Part shown: one piece after another, positions 14,839 through 24,413 of the stretch
How positions within the stretch are numbered: the first letter of the stretch is position 1
Layout of the letters: each line of letters opens with the position of its first letter
Virus record (IMG/VR): IMGVR_UViG_3300030098_001574
Span: 1-27,298 of that record
Direction: 5' to 3' (one strand)
Source of the DNA: a virus
Lineage: Duplodnaviria > Caudoviricetes
DNA length: 27,298 nucleotides
Position numbers and translations under genes: made by a program
Notes under the pieces: generated by a model
Seen by the model: only the letters and a program-made list of their open reading frames with translations
The model's database searches: none
Told to the model about the DNA's origin: nothing

Positions 14839-16097
14839 TGAACATAGAGATTCCGTACGAACCTCGACCATTACAAGAAAAGATTCATAACGAATTAAAA
14901 CGATTCAATGTTTTAGTTTGTCATAGAAGGTTTGGCAAAACAGTATTAGCAGTAAATCATTTGATAATGACTTGCTGTGAAAAACCTAATGCAAGATTGG
15001 CGTATATAGCACCAACATATCGCCAGGGTAAGGCAGTCGCTTACGACTATTTGAAACAATACACAGAACCCTTAATGAAACTTGGTGGCAAACGTCATGA
15101 AACAGAACTCAAAGTAGATCTGTGGAACGGATCAAGATTACAAATCTTTGGAGCTGATAACCCAGATGCTTTGAGGGGATTAGGCTTTGATGGAGTTGTC
15201 TTAGATGAATTTGCTTTGATGTCTCCTAGAACTTGGACTGAGGTTGTACGACCAGCTATATCAGATAAACTTGGATATGTTATATTTATTGGAACACCAA
15301 TGGGTCATAATCATTTCTGGGAAGTATATGATCTAGCTAAAAGGCGTGGTGGAGAATGGTACGCTGAATTATACAGAGCTTCTGAGACTGAAGTTATATC
15401 TCAAGAAGAACTTGAAGAAGCTGCTGCTACTATGCCAGAAGATCAATTTGAACAAGAGTTTGAAGTTAGTTTCCAAGCTGCAGTATCAGGTGCATACTTT
15501 GGAAAACAAATACAGAAAGCTGAAAGAGAAAATAGAATAACTGATGTTGACTATGATCCTAACAATGAAGTTGAAACATGGTGGGATTTAGGTATCGGTG
15601 ATTCTACAGCAATATGGTTTGCACAAAGAGCAGGTAATGAAATACACCTGATTGATTATTTAGAAACGTCTGGTGAATCATTAGCTTACTACATAGGGCA
15701 GCTAAAAGAAAAAGGTTATAACTACGGTAGGCATATTGCACCACACGATATTACAACTAGAGAACTTGGTACAGGTAAATCTAGATTAGAAGTAGCAAGG
15801 GAACTTGGAATTGACTTTGAAGTTTGTCCTAGATTAGAAATAGATCATGGTATAGAAGCTGTGAGAAATAATTTAGACAAATGTTATTTTGATAAGAACA
15901 GATGTAAATATGGTATTGATTGTTTGCGACAGTACCGAAAACAATTTGATGACAGAATGCAAACATTTAAAAACAAACCTCTACATGATTGGGCATCACA
16001 CGGAGCTGATGCATTTCGTTATGGATGTTCTGTTGATGGTTCAACAAGAACTGATTGGGAAAGACCAATGAGTGTAGATATAAGATATGTAGTTTAA
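14838..16097 (+). CDS. terL: Terminase large subunit
   Basis: Walker A HRRFGKT, Walker B VVLDE, IGTPMG, nuclease motifs WDLG and HGADAFRY. Confidence 0.95.
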   Translation: MNIEIPYEPRPLQEKIHNELKRFNVLVCHRRFGKTVLAVNHLIMTCCEKPNARLAYIAPTYRQGKAVAYDYLKQYTEPLMKLGGKRHETELKVDLWNGSRLQIFGADNPDALRGLGFDGVVLDEFALMSPRTWTEVVRPAISDKLGYVIFIGTPMGHNHFWEVYDLAKRRGGEWYAELYRASETEVISQEELEEAAATMPEDQFEQEFEVSFQAAVSGAYFGKQIQKAERENRITDVDYDPNNEVETWWDLGIGDSTAIWFAQRAGNEIHLIDYLETSGESLAYYIGQLKEKGYNYGRHIAPHDITTRELGTGKSRLEVARELGIDFEVCPRLEIDHGIEAVRNNLDKCYFDKNRCKYGIDCLRQYRKQFDDRMQTFKNKPLHDWASHGADAFRYGCSVDGSTRTDWERPMSVDIRYVV

Positions 16098-16105
16098 GGA
16101 ATATT

Positions 16106-18358
16106 ATGGCAAAAGGAAGACCGTTAACGGATCACGAAATACAGGGAATAGTAGCTAGTGAACTAAGAAGTGCATTTGGTTATTATGAAACTGATTTAGT
16201 AAACTCAAGAAAGAAAGCTACTGAATATTATTTCGGTGAATCATTTGGCAATGAAGTAGAAGGAAGATCACAAGTTGTTTCAACTGATGTTGCTGATACA
16301 GTAGAATCAATACTACCTGCTTTACTTAGAATATTTACTGCTAGTGATAATATTGTAAAAGTAGATCCAGTTACTCAAGAAGATGTAGGTGTAGCCAAAC
16401 AAGCTAGTGATTATCTAAATCATATATTCAATAAAGATAATGATGGGTTCACTACATTGTATGCAATGTTTAAAGATGCACTGCTGCATAAAAATGGAAT
16501 AGTAAAAGTTTATTGGGATACATCAGAAAGAACAAAACAAGAAACTTATGAAAAACTTTCTGAAGCTGAATTCACAATGCTTGTTGAAGAAGATGGTGTA
16601 GAAGTAAAAGAACATACTGAGTACAACGATGAAACATTTGAAGAACAGAAAAAGAACATACAAGAACAATTAGATAATGCTCAAGATCAAGTATCTGCAA
16701 ATCTTATGGAGCAACAACTAAATGAAATAAATACTCCAAAGTTACATGATGTAGTTATTATTCGTACAGAAACATTTGGTAAAGTAAAAATGGAAGCTGT
16801 ACCACCTGAAGAATTTTTAATTGAAAGACGAGCAAAGAATTTAGAAGAGGCAAACTTCTTATGTCATAGAACTACAAAGACAAGAAGTGAATTAGTTGAA
16901 ATGGGTTTTGATTATGACCTTGTTTATTCTTTACCAAAAGAACACGATCAAAGTTATAATGAAGAAAAGACTGTAAGACATAGAAACATTGATAACGATC
17001 TTAGCAATGAAACTGGAGATGAATCTACAGATGAAATAGTAATCTGTGAATCCTATATTAAAATGGATCAAGATGGTGACGGTATTGCAGAGATGAGAAA
17101 GATAACTTCATCTGGTGATGATAGCTATACAATACTTGATAATGTTGTTGTAGATGCACAACCTTTCTGTTCTGTTACTCCAATCGTAGTACCACATAGA
17201 TTCTATGGTAGGTCAGTATCAGAATTAGTAGAAGATATTCAATTAATTAAATCTACTGTTATGCGTCAGATACTAGACAATATGTATCTAACTAATAATA
17301 ACAGAGTAGCTGTAATGGATGGTCAAGTTAATCTAGAAGATCTATTAACTAATCGCCCAGGCGGAGTTGTAAGAACTAAAGCAGCTCCAGGACAAGTTAT
17401 GATGCCAATGACTACTCAAACAATTAACAATCAAGCATTTCCACTACTTGAATATTTAGATACTGTTAAAGAAAACAGAAGCGGTATTACTAAATACAAT
17501 CAAGGTATGGATACTGATTCTCTTAATAAAACTGCATCAGGTATAAATACTATTCTTTCACAATCACAAATGAGAATAGAATTGATTGCAAGAATATTTG
17601 CTGAGACTGGTGTTAAAGATTTATTCAAGAAGATATTTGAATTAGTTGTAAAATATCAAGATAAAGAACGTATAGTTAAAATTAGAAATAACTTTGTACC
17701 AATGAATCCTATGGAGTGGAGAGATCGTTGTAATGTAAGTATTCAAGTTGGTTTAGGAACTGGATCAAGAGATCAACAGTTATCTATTTTAAATCAAATC
17801 TTAAGACAACAAATAGATGGTATAAGATTACAAGGTTCACCACATGGACCAATAGTAAATATGAATAATATTTATAATACATTGAAAAAGATTGTAGAGA
17901 ATGCAGGTCTTAAAGATGTTGATTCTTACTTTACTGATCCTATAGTTGGTATGCGTCAAATGCCGCCAAGAGGACAGAAACCTCCAACAGAATTTGAAAC
18001 TGTATCAAGAATACAAACGCAGCAGAAAGCAGCTGAAGCTCAGATGCAATATGAAAATAGAATGCGTGAGATTGAACTTAGATATCAGAAGATGATGTTA
18101 GACTTCGAAGGTAAAGTAAAAGAACTAGAATTGAAATACGAAGCAGATATTGATGAGAAAGCAATTAAGAGAGAAGCATTGAAAATGAAAGGTATTTCAG
18201 AAAGCAATAAACAAATGCTTGACGCTGCAACTAAAAATCTGTTACAACCTGAAGGTATACCAAAAGGACTAACACCACAACCAAAACAAGGTAGCGATAC
18301 CTTTATAGAAATAGATGTCGGATCTGATAAAGGAACAAACAAGGGGCCAAAGGGCTAA
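16106..18358 (+). CDS. Portal protein
   Basis: Follows TerL; EGRSQVVS.DV.DTVE, DALL.KNG.VKVYW, PH.FYGRS, C-terminal coiled coil; start MAKGR at 16106. Confidence 0.9.
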   Translation: MAKGRPLTDHEIQGIVASELRSAFGYYETDLVNSRKKATEYYFGESFGNEVEGRSQVVSTDVADTVESILPALLRIFTASDNIVKVDPVTQEDVGVAKQASDYLNHIFNKDNDGFTTLYAMFKDALLHKNGIVKVYWDTSERTKQETYEKLSEAEFTMLVEEDGVEVKEHTEYNDETFEEQKKNIQEQLDNAQDQVSANLMEQQLNEINTPKLHDVVIIRTETFGKVKMEAVPPEEFLIERRAKNLEEANFLCHRTTKTRSELVEMGFDYDLVYSLPKEHDQSYNEEKTVRHRNIDNDLSNETGDESTDEIVICESYIKMDQDGDGIAEMRKITSSGDDSYTILDNVVVDAQPFCSVTPIVVPHRFYGRSVSELVEDIQLIKSTVMRQILDNMYLTNNNRVAVMDGQVNLEDLLTNRPGGVVRTKAAPGQVMMPMTTQTINNQAFPLLEYLDTVKENRSGITKYNQGMDTDSLNKTASGINTILSQSQMRIELIARIFAETGVKDLFKKIFELVVKYQDKERIVKIRNNFVPMNPMEWRDRCNVSIQVGLGTGSRDQQLSILNQILRQQIDGIRLQGSPHGPIVNMNNIYNTLKKIVENAGLKDVDSYFTDPIVGMRQMPPRGQKPPTEFETVSRIQTQQKAAEAQMQYENRMREIELRYQKMMLDFEGKVKELELKYEADIDEKAIKREALKMKGISESNKQMLDAATKNLLQPEGIPKGLTPQPKQGSDTFIEIDVGSDKGTNKGPKG

Positions 18359-18578
18359 AGATATTCTAGAGGATGAACTCTTTAAAGAGTCTTTACAGAC
18401 TTTGAAAGATTCATATTCTAATGCGATATTTCAAACAGGACCAAATGATGAACTGGCAAGGACAAAGATCTACCTTGCTTATCAAATTTTAGGTAAGTTT
18501 GAAAATCATTTCCGTTCCGTTATGGAAACAGGAATACTTGCTAGTAAACAATTAGAAGAGCTACGCAAGAAAAAATAG
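18315..18578 (+). CDS. Conserved small protein between portal and scaffold
   Basis: RGQRAKDILEDELFKE...RTKIYLAYQ...ETGILA pattern. Confidence 0.75.
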   Translation: MSDLIKEQTRGQRAKDILEDELFKESLQTLKDSYSNAIFQTGPNDELARTKIYLAYQILGKFENHFRSVMETGILASKQLEELRKKK

Positions 18579-18632
18579 CACCAACCGTTCAGGAGTGCTT
18601 TTAACAACACCAACCAAACAAAGGAGTGTATT

Positions 18633-19622
18633 ATGGCTGATGAAGCTATGAATGTTCTCGATGCTAGTAAAACTATTGTAGGTCTTATGAACAATAGTGC
18701 AACTGAATCAGAACCAACTAATGAAGCAGCACCTCAAGAATCTAATGAGGCACCTGCAGAAGAAACTGTAAACCCTAGCGATGTACCTTATGCGGACATT
18801 GAAAGAGATGCAGATGCAACTACAGAAACTGTAGAAGCACAAGATGAGGCTCAAGAAGATATTCAAAATGAAAGTTCAGAGGAACCTACCTACCAAGTCA
18901 AAGTACAAGGTCAAACAATGGAGGTCACCCTTGATGAACTACTTCAGGGATACCAACGAGAAGCTGATTATACAAGAAGTAAACAAGATTTATCCTTAGA
19001 GAAATCAAGGCTTGATCAAACACTTCAAAGATCTCAATCTGAGATAAATCAAAAACTCGCTAAGCTGAATGATTTAAACTCTGCAGCACAGGCGCAACTG
19101 CAACAAGAGTATGCAAATATAGACTTTGAAAGACTGTACGAAGACGATCCTGTTGAAGCTAGTAAACTAGAACACAAGATGCGTAAGAGAGCAGATAACC
19201 TTCAAAGGATTCATTACGAAACTCAACAAGCTCAACAACAAGAACTTGCTAGATTCGTACAAGACGAACAATCTAAAATGCTTACACTCATACCAGAATT
19301 TAATGACCCTAATAAAGCTAGTGCATTAAGAAATGATATGAAAGGCTATCTACAAAGACAAGGCTTTAAAGATCAAGAGATAAATAGTATCTATGATTCA
19401 AGACAAGTTATGTTGATTAGAGATGCTTTAGCATACGATAAGATTAGACGTGCAAATCCAAAGGTTAAAAAGAAAGTCGTTAATGCTCCTAAAGTAGTTA
19501 AGTCTGGCACACCTAAAACTGCTGCAGAACAAAATGCACAGCTTAGAAAAGACAAACTAAATCGTCTCAAAAAATCTGGTGGCGTAAGAGATGCTGCCAA
19601 AGTTTTTAGAGATTTTCTTTAA
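18633..19622 (+). CDS. Capsid scaffolding protein
   Basis: Acidic N-terminus, VKVQG...VTLDELLQGY...DYTRSKQ, basic C-terminus; precedes the MCP. Confidence 0.85.
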   Translation: MADEAMNVLDASKTIVGLMNNSATESEPTNEAAPQESNEAPAEETVNPSDVPYADIERDADATTETVEAQDEAQEDIQNESSEEPTYQVKVQGQTMEVTLDELLQGYQREADYTRSKQDLSLEKSRLDQTLQRSQSEINQKLAKLNDLNSAAQAQLQQEYANIDFERLYEDDPVEASKLEHKMRKRADNLQRIHYETQQAQQQELARFVQDEQSKMLTLIPEFNDPNKASALRNDMKGYLQRQGFKDQEINSIYDSRQVMLIRDALAYDKIRRANPKVKKKVVNAPKVVKSGTPKTAAEQNAQLRKDKLNRLKKSGGVRDAAKVFRDFL

Positions 19623-19638
19623 TTAATAGGAGGCCCAA

Positions 19639-20586
19639 ATGGCACAACCAAGTAACTTGTACGATACGTACGACACTACTGGTATTAGGGAAGATTTAGT
19701 AGATGTGATTTATAACATATCTCCTGAAGAAACCCCTATACTGTCAGCGATTCCAAGAACCGCTGCAAAATCTACGAAGCATGAATGGCAACTAGATGCA
19801 TTGGCTGCACCTGCTGCAAACGCAGTTATCGAAGGTGACGATGCAACTATTGATGCTATGACTGCTACAACTAGAGCATTTAACTTTACTCAGATTTCTG
19901 ACAAAGTGATTGCACTTTCTGGAACTCAATCAGCTGTTGACGCTGCTGGTAGAGCTGATGAAATGGCTTATCAAATTGCTAAGAAGTCTAAAGAGTTAAA
20001 GAAAGATATGGAATTTGCCCTTATCAAAGGACAGGTTCAAGCTGCTGGTGATGCATCAAACGCTAGAAAATTAGGATCAATCCCTACATGGATTAAAACT
20101 AATGGTGATGCAGGATCTGGTGGAGCTTTATCTACTGGCTCTGGTACAGACTTACCTAACTCTGGTACTGACAGAGACCTTACTGAAACAATTCTTAAAA
20201 CAGTTGTTAAAGAGGTTTATGAGTCAGGCGGAGAAATGGATATGTTAGTTGTTCCACCATCTGTGAAACAAACTATATCTGGTTTCAACGCTAATACTAC
20301 TAGATTTGGACAAGCAGAAGCTAAAGTTGAGTATGCAGCTATTGATGTTTACTCATCAGACTTTGGTGATTTGCAAGTTGTTCCAAACAGAGTTATGGCA
20401 ACAACAAGTGAAAGCAATGCATTCTTACTACAAAGAGACATGGCTGCAGTAGCTTACCTAAGAGACTTTTCAGTAACTGATCTTGCAAAGACTGGTGACT
20501 CTGAGAAGAAACAACTCTTAGCTGAGTACACACTTGAAATGAGAAACGAAGCCGCACACGGTATTCTTCTCGACATCAACCAATAA
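19639..20586 (+). CDS. Major capsid protein (DUF5309/SU10-like)
   Basis: GIREDL.DVIYNISPEETP, HEWQ.D.L, NFTQI, ELKKDMEFALI, LAKTGD, EYTLE; AGGAGG SD. Confidence 0.92.
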   Translation: MAQPSNLYDTYDTTGIREDLVDVIYNISPEETPILSAIPRTAAKSTKHEWQLDALAAPAANAVIEGDDATIDAMTATTRAFNFTQISDKVIALSGTQSAVDAAGRADEMAYQIAKKSKELKKDMEFALIKGQVQAAGDASNARKLGSIPTWIKTNGDAGSGGALSTGSGTDLPNSGTDRDLTETILKTVVKEVYESGGEMDMLVVPPSVKQTISGFNANTTRFGQAEAKVEYAAIDVYSSDFGDLQVVPNRVMATTSESNAFLLQRDMAAVAYLRDFSVTDLAKTGDSEKKQLLAEYTLEMRNEAAHGILLDINQ

Positions 20587-20593
20587 TCTAAGT

Positions 20594-20616
20594 GAGGGAG
20601 CTTCGGCTCCCTCTTT
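20594..20616 (+). terminator. Hairpin / leaky terminator after the MCP
   Basis: GAGGGAGC-TTCG-GCTCCCTC (cUUCGg loop) followed by only TTT. Confidence 0.75.
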
Positions 20617-20637
20617 AGAATCATTCTAAGGAACATT

Positions 20638-20913
20638 ATGTATTACAAATTAACAGGAACAGTACAGAAAGTAGACTACACAGCTAGTGCTGCAAATAGT
20701 TCTGCTATATCTGATCAAGTTAGATATGTAAGATTATATGCTACAACTGATTGTCATATATCAATTAACAACCCTGCTGTTACAGCAACTGCTGCTATGA
20801 CACCATTGGCTGCAAAAGATTATGAATATTATAAAGTAGCACCTGGCAATATCATATCTGTGATTAGATCTTCTGGTAACGGTTCATTATATATTTCAGA
20901 ATTATCGGAGTAA
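20638..20913 (+). CDS. Small beta-rich virion protein (paralogue 1)
   Basis: VRLYATTDCHI...NP..TA...PL.A..YEYYKV.PG..ISV...G.LYISEL. Confidence 0.75.
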   Translation: MYYKLTGTVQKVDYTASAANSSAISDQVRYVRLYATTDCHISINNPAVTATAAMTPLAAKDYEYYKVAPGNIISVIRSSGNGSLYISELSE

Positions 20914-20915
20914 CC

Positions 20916-21215
20916 ATGACTGATTATAAAGCACCTACTACATTTAAAATTGATACTACACAAACTGTAGCTGTTGGCAGCTCAAGTGCTGCAACATCTA
21001 ATGCTTTTAATGCACAAACAAGAGAAATAAGAATAGTAACAACTGTTGATGCTTATGTAGAAATGAATGCAACTTCACCTACAGCAACATCATCTAGCAT
21101 TATTGTTCCTGCATTTACACCAGAATATTTTAGAGTTACTCCTGCAACTAAAGTTGCTGTACTAAGAGTAGGATCTACTGATGGTACTGCAAGAATTAGT
21201 GAACTTGCACAATGA
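20916..21215 (+). CDS. Small beta-rich virion protein (paralogue 2)
   Basis: IRIVTTVDAYV...PTAT....VPA.TPEYFRVTP..KVAV...GTARISEL; aligns with the previous gene. Confidence 0.75.
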   Translation: MTDYKAPTTFKIDTTQTVAVGSSSAATSNAFNAQTREIRIVTTVDAYVEMNATSPTATSSSIIVPAFTPEYFRVTPATKVAVLRVGSTDGTARISELAQ

Positions 21216-21391
21216 TCTCTACTAGGTTTTCACATAGAGGACAAGATAGATATAGAGACAGAAGAACAGATACACCTAATGATAATATTAAATTAGAAGA
21301 TGGTACTTATCTGTTAATACAAGCAGGTGATAATATAAAAATTGAACAGGCAGTTGGTACTGTATTTAGTGGCAGACCAATACCTAACTAA
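21212..21391 (+). CDS. Small protein (59 aa), not in track
   Basis: MISTRFSHRGQ...IKLEDGTYLLIQAGDNIKIE...; ATGA and TAATG coupling. Confidence 0.7.
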   Translation: MISTRFSHRGQDRYRDRRTDTPNDNIKLEDGTYLLIQAGDNIKIEQAVGTVFSGRPIPN

Positions 21392-21531
21392 TGGCTAGGA
21401 AAGCTAAGAGTTATATTGAACATGAACCTGGCCCAAAGAAAAGAACTTCTATTGGACACAGCGTTCGATCAAGACCAAAGAATAAACACAAGAGAAGAAG
21501 TTTTAAAAAGTATAGAGGTCAGGGTAAATGA
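21391..21531 (+). CDS. Basic micro-protein (46 aa), not in track
   Basis: MARKAK...KRTSIG...KNKHKRRSFKKYRGQGK*. Confidence 0.7.
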   Translation: MARKAKSYIEHEPGPKKRTSIGHSVRSRPKNKHKRRSFKKYRGQGK

Positions 21532-21611
21532 CATTTAAAGAACTTGTAGAACTTTTGAAAAAGAAAGAAAAACAAACTAAAAAGAAACAAAGGAATAAAA
21601 ATGGCAGATAG
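21528..21611 (+). CDS. Possible Lys-rich micro-protein (27 aa)
   Basis: ATGA-coupled MTFKELVELLKKKEKQTKKKQRNKNGR*. Confidence 0.45.
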   Translation: MTFKELVELLKKKEKQTKKKQRNKNGR

Positions 21612-22935
21612 TAAGATTAGTGAATTGACAGCATTGTCTACCCCAGCTGATGATGATGTATTTGCGATTGTAGATACTGATGCAGGTCAAACTAAAAAAA
21701 TAACAGCAGCTAATGTAAAATCGTATGCAGGTTCAAGCACAGAAGCAGTACAAGATATTGTTGGTGCTATGTTTAGTAGTAATACTGAAACTGATATTAC
21801 TGCAACATATGAAGATGCTGATGGTACTATTGATTTAGTTGTTGGCGTATCTGCTGGTAATTTACCTACAGCAATAGATGCTGCAAAAATAGGAGATGGC
21901 TCAGTATCTAATACAGAGTTTCAAAGACTTGATGGTGTATCTAGTGATATACAAACACAACTTGATGGTAAACAAGCATCCTTAACATTTGGTATTAGTA
22001 ACACAAATGTACCACAATTTACAACTGGTGTTGCTGATGATGACTTCTTAAGAATAGCAGGAACAAGTGTTGAAGGACGTTCTGCATCAGAAGTTCTATC
22101 AGATATAGGTGGCCAAGCATCTTTGACATTTGGCATAAGCGATACTAATGCAGTCAAAGTAGACAGCAGCTCTGTAGCTGATGACGAATACGCAAGGTTT
22201 ACAGCTTCAGGTTTAGAAAGCAGAAGTACAGCAGAAGTATTATCTGACATTGGCGGTCAAGCTGCATTAACTTTTGGAATCTCTAATACTAATGCTGTTA
22301 AAGTAGATAGTAGTTCAGTAGCAGATGATGAGTATGCACGATTCACTGCTAATGGTTTAGAGAGTAGAAGCACATCAGAAGTCTTAAGTGATATCGGTGG
22401 ACAAGCTTCGTTAACATTCGGTATATCAGATACTAATATTCCTATCTTTACAAGTGGAGTAGCTGACGATGATTTTCTTAGAGTAGCAGGTACATCTATT
22501 GAAGGTAGATCAGCTAGTGAAGTACTTAGTGATATTGGTGGACAAGCATCACTTACTTTTGGCATTAGTAATACAAACGCAGTTAAGGTTGATAGTGCTA
22601 GTGTTGCCGATGATGAATACGCTAGGTTTACTGCAAACGGATTAGAGAGTAGATCAACTGCTGAAGTACTATCAGACATTGGTGGTATTACTGCTAGTTC
22701 TACAGACACACTAACTAATAAAACAATAGATGCTGATGGCACAGGTAACAGCATTACCAATATTGAAAATGCAAACATCAAAGCATCTGCTGCTATTGAT
22801 GCTACTAAGATAGCTGATGGTTCAGTAACAAGTGCAGAGTTCCAATATCTTGGATCTGTTACTTCAGATATTCAAACACAATTAGATGCTAAAGCTACAG
22901 CAGGTCTGGCAGTAGCGATGGCAATCGCATTATAG
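21601..22935 (+). CDS. Fibre-like virion protein with internal repeats
   Basis: MADSKISELTAL N-terminus, two KIxDGSVxxxEFQxLxxVxSDIQTQLD motifs, five 47-48 aa repeats, C-terminal AVAMAIAL. Confidence 0.8.
   Translation: MADSKISELTALSTPADDDVFAIVDTDAGQTKKITAANVKSYAGSSTEAVQDIVGAMFSSNTETDITATYEDADGTIDLVVGVSAGNLPTAIDAAKIGDGSVSNTEFQRLDGVSSDIQTQLDGKQASLTFGISNTNVPQFTTGVADDDFLRIAGTSVEGRSASEVLSDIGGQASLTFGISDTNAVKVDSSSVADDEYARFTASGLESRSTAEVLSDIGGQAALTFGISNTNAVKVDSSSVADDEYARFTANGLESRSTSEVLSDIGGQASLTFGISDTNIPIFTSGVADDDFLRVAGTSIEGRSASEVLSDIGGQASLTFGISNTNAVKVDSASVADDEYARFTANGLESRSTAEVLSDIGGITASSTDTLTNKTIDADGTGNSITNIENANIKASAAIDATKIADGSVTSAEFQYLGSVTSDIQTQLDAKATAGLAVAMAIAL
21973..22686 (+). repeat. Five tandem coding repeats (141/144 nt) in order A-B-B-A-B
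   Basis: QASLTFGIS... units start at 21973, 22114, 22258, 22402 and 22543. Confidence 0.9.
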
Positions 22936-22943
22936 GAGAAAAC

Positions 22944-23270
22944 ATGGCTCAAGATTTTGAATCCAACGGAGCGCAGATAACAAACTCTGCAACCACAATA
23001 TATACATCAAACAGTGATGATGCAGTTGTTGGACTAAGACTTGCTAATATTTTAACAACTACTGTTACAGTAAGTGTTTGGATATCAGAAGGTGGTTCTA
23101 CAACTAGATACCTTGTAAAAGATTTATCTATACCCCCTGCTAGTTCAGTAGAGCTAGTACAAGGTGGAGCTAAATTTGTTTTACAAAGCGGAGATATTTT
23201 AAAAGGACAAGCTGGTACAGCAAGTAGTATTGATGTATGGGTATCATTAGTCGATACAATTAGTTCATAG
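22944..23270 (+). CDS. Putative tail/fibre-associated protein
   Basis: AGGAG SD; VGLRLAN...YLVKDLSIP..SSVEL..G.KFVLQSGD.L pattern. Confidence 0.75.
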   Translation: MAQDFESNGAQITNSATTIYTSNSDDAVVGLRLANILTTTVTVSVWISEGGSTTRYLVKDLSIPPASSVELVQGGAKFVLQSGDILKGQAGTASSIDVWVSLVDTISS

Positions 23271-23278
23271 GAGATAAC

Positions 23279-23458
23279 ATGGCAACAATAACATCAGTAG
23301 GTGGTGTTCAATATATAGGTGATGCACCAGCAGGTGAATCTATACACGAACATGATTCTGAAATAAATAAAGATCAAATAATAACTAGTGCTGTTTTAGC
23401 TGGACCAATTACATTTGCAGCAACTGTTACTGTTACTGGTACACTTGTTGTTGTATGA
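23279..23458 (+). CDS. Small fibre-associated protein (59 aa), not in track
   Basis: AGGAG SD; ...YIGDAP...AVLAGPITF..TVTVTGTLVVV*. Confidence 0.7.
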   Translation: MATITSVGGVQYIGDAPAGESIHEHDSEINKDQIITSAVLAGPITFAATVTVTGTLVVV

Positions 23459-23766
23459 ATAATCCATACGATAAAAATCAACCTATCCATATAGATAGAG
23501 GCACTCGTAAACTTGTAGTTAAAAATACACAAGATACTACAAATATATTAGAACAAAATAAATGGTCACAAAATAATGTTACACAAAAAGGTGATCTGCA
23601 ACGTATAGCTCAAATACCATTAATAGCTTTGAAAGTTAAAACTAAAGAACGGTTCGGACATTCTAATTTTTATAAGTTAACTAAAGAAGAGCAAAAAAAT
23701 ATTATTAAAGAAATGGTAAACAGTAATGAGTATATGTTTTTTAGAACAGGAGATAAAAGGTTATAA
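23455..23766 (+). CDS. Conserved phage hypothetical protein
   Basis: QDTTNILEQNK...RIAQIPL...FRT pattern preceding the adaptor. Confidence 0.75.
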   Translation: MNNPYDKNQPIHIDRGTRKLVVKNTQDTTNILEQNKWSQNNVTQKGDLQRIAQIPLIALKVKTKERFGHSNFYKLTKEEQKNIIKEMVNSNEYMFFRTGDKRL

Positions 23767-24413
23767 TGGCACTTGATAGTTATACAAATTTAAAAACTGC
23801 AATAGCAAACTTTCTTGCTAGAGATGATCTTACTTCAGAGATTGATGACTTCATTGATTTAGCTGAAGCAGACTTTAATCGTAGATTAAGAGTAAGAGCT
23901 ATGGAAACAGTAGACTCATCTTTTACTATAGATGCTGCCACTGAAGCATTGCCTACAGGTTTTTTACAAGTAAGAAGTTTTATACTTACAAGCCCTGATC
24001 CAGATTCTGCTTTAGTATTTATGACTCCGTTTCATCAAATAGAATCTTCTGGTAGTGATAGATCAGGACAACCAAAAGCATATTCTATTGAAGGAAGTAA
24101 TTTTAGATTCTCGCCTACACCTGATGCAACATATACTGGTAGATTAACTTACTACAAAGCATTTGATTCTATAAGTGGATCTACTGCTACTAATCACATA
24201 TTGACTAATCATCCTGATGTATATCTGTATGGTGCATTATACTTTGCGTCTACATTTATTAGAGGTATGGATCAAGGAACTGTAGTACAATTTAAAACAC
24301 AATATGAAGCTGCATTAAAACAAGTTGAAGATGCAGATGCATTAGATAAATATAATGGTTCACCTTTAGTACAAAGGTCAGGAATTAACATTAACAATTA
24401 CGATAATATATAA
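23766..24413 (+). CDS. Head-tail adaptor (tail tubular protein A-like)
   Basis: YTNLKTAIANFL.RDDL...FIDLAEA..NRRLR, F.PTPD..Y, HPDVYLYGAL. Confidence 0.8.
   Translation: MALDSYTNLKTAIANFLARDDLTSEIDDFIDLAEADFNRRLRVRAMETVDSSFTIDAATEALPTGFLQVRSFILTSPDPDSALVFMTPFHQIESSGSDRSGQPKAYSIEGSNFRFSPTPDATYTGRLTYYKAFDSISGSTATNHILTNHPDVYLYGALYFASTFIRGMDQGTVVQFKTQYEAALKQVEDADALDKYNGSPLVQRSGININNYDNI

Noticed and set aside
21973-22686. Diversity-generating retroelement template/variable repeat pair
   Set aside because: Differences are mostly synonymous and not adenine-specific; no reverse transcriptase in the window.
21921-22781. Antisense ORFs 21921-22250 and 22257-22781
   Set aside because: Shadows of the repetitive fibre gene's codon pattern; no SD.
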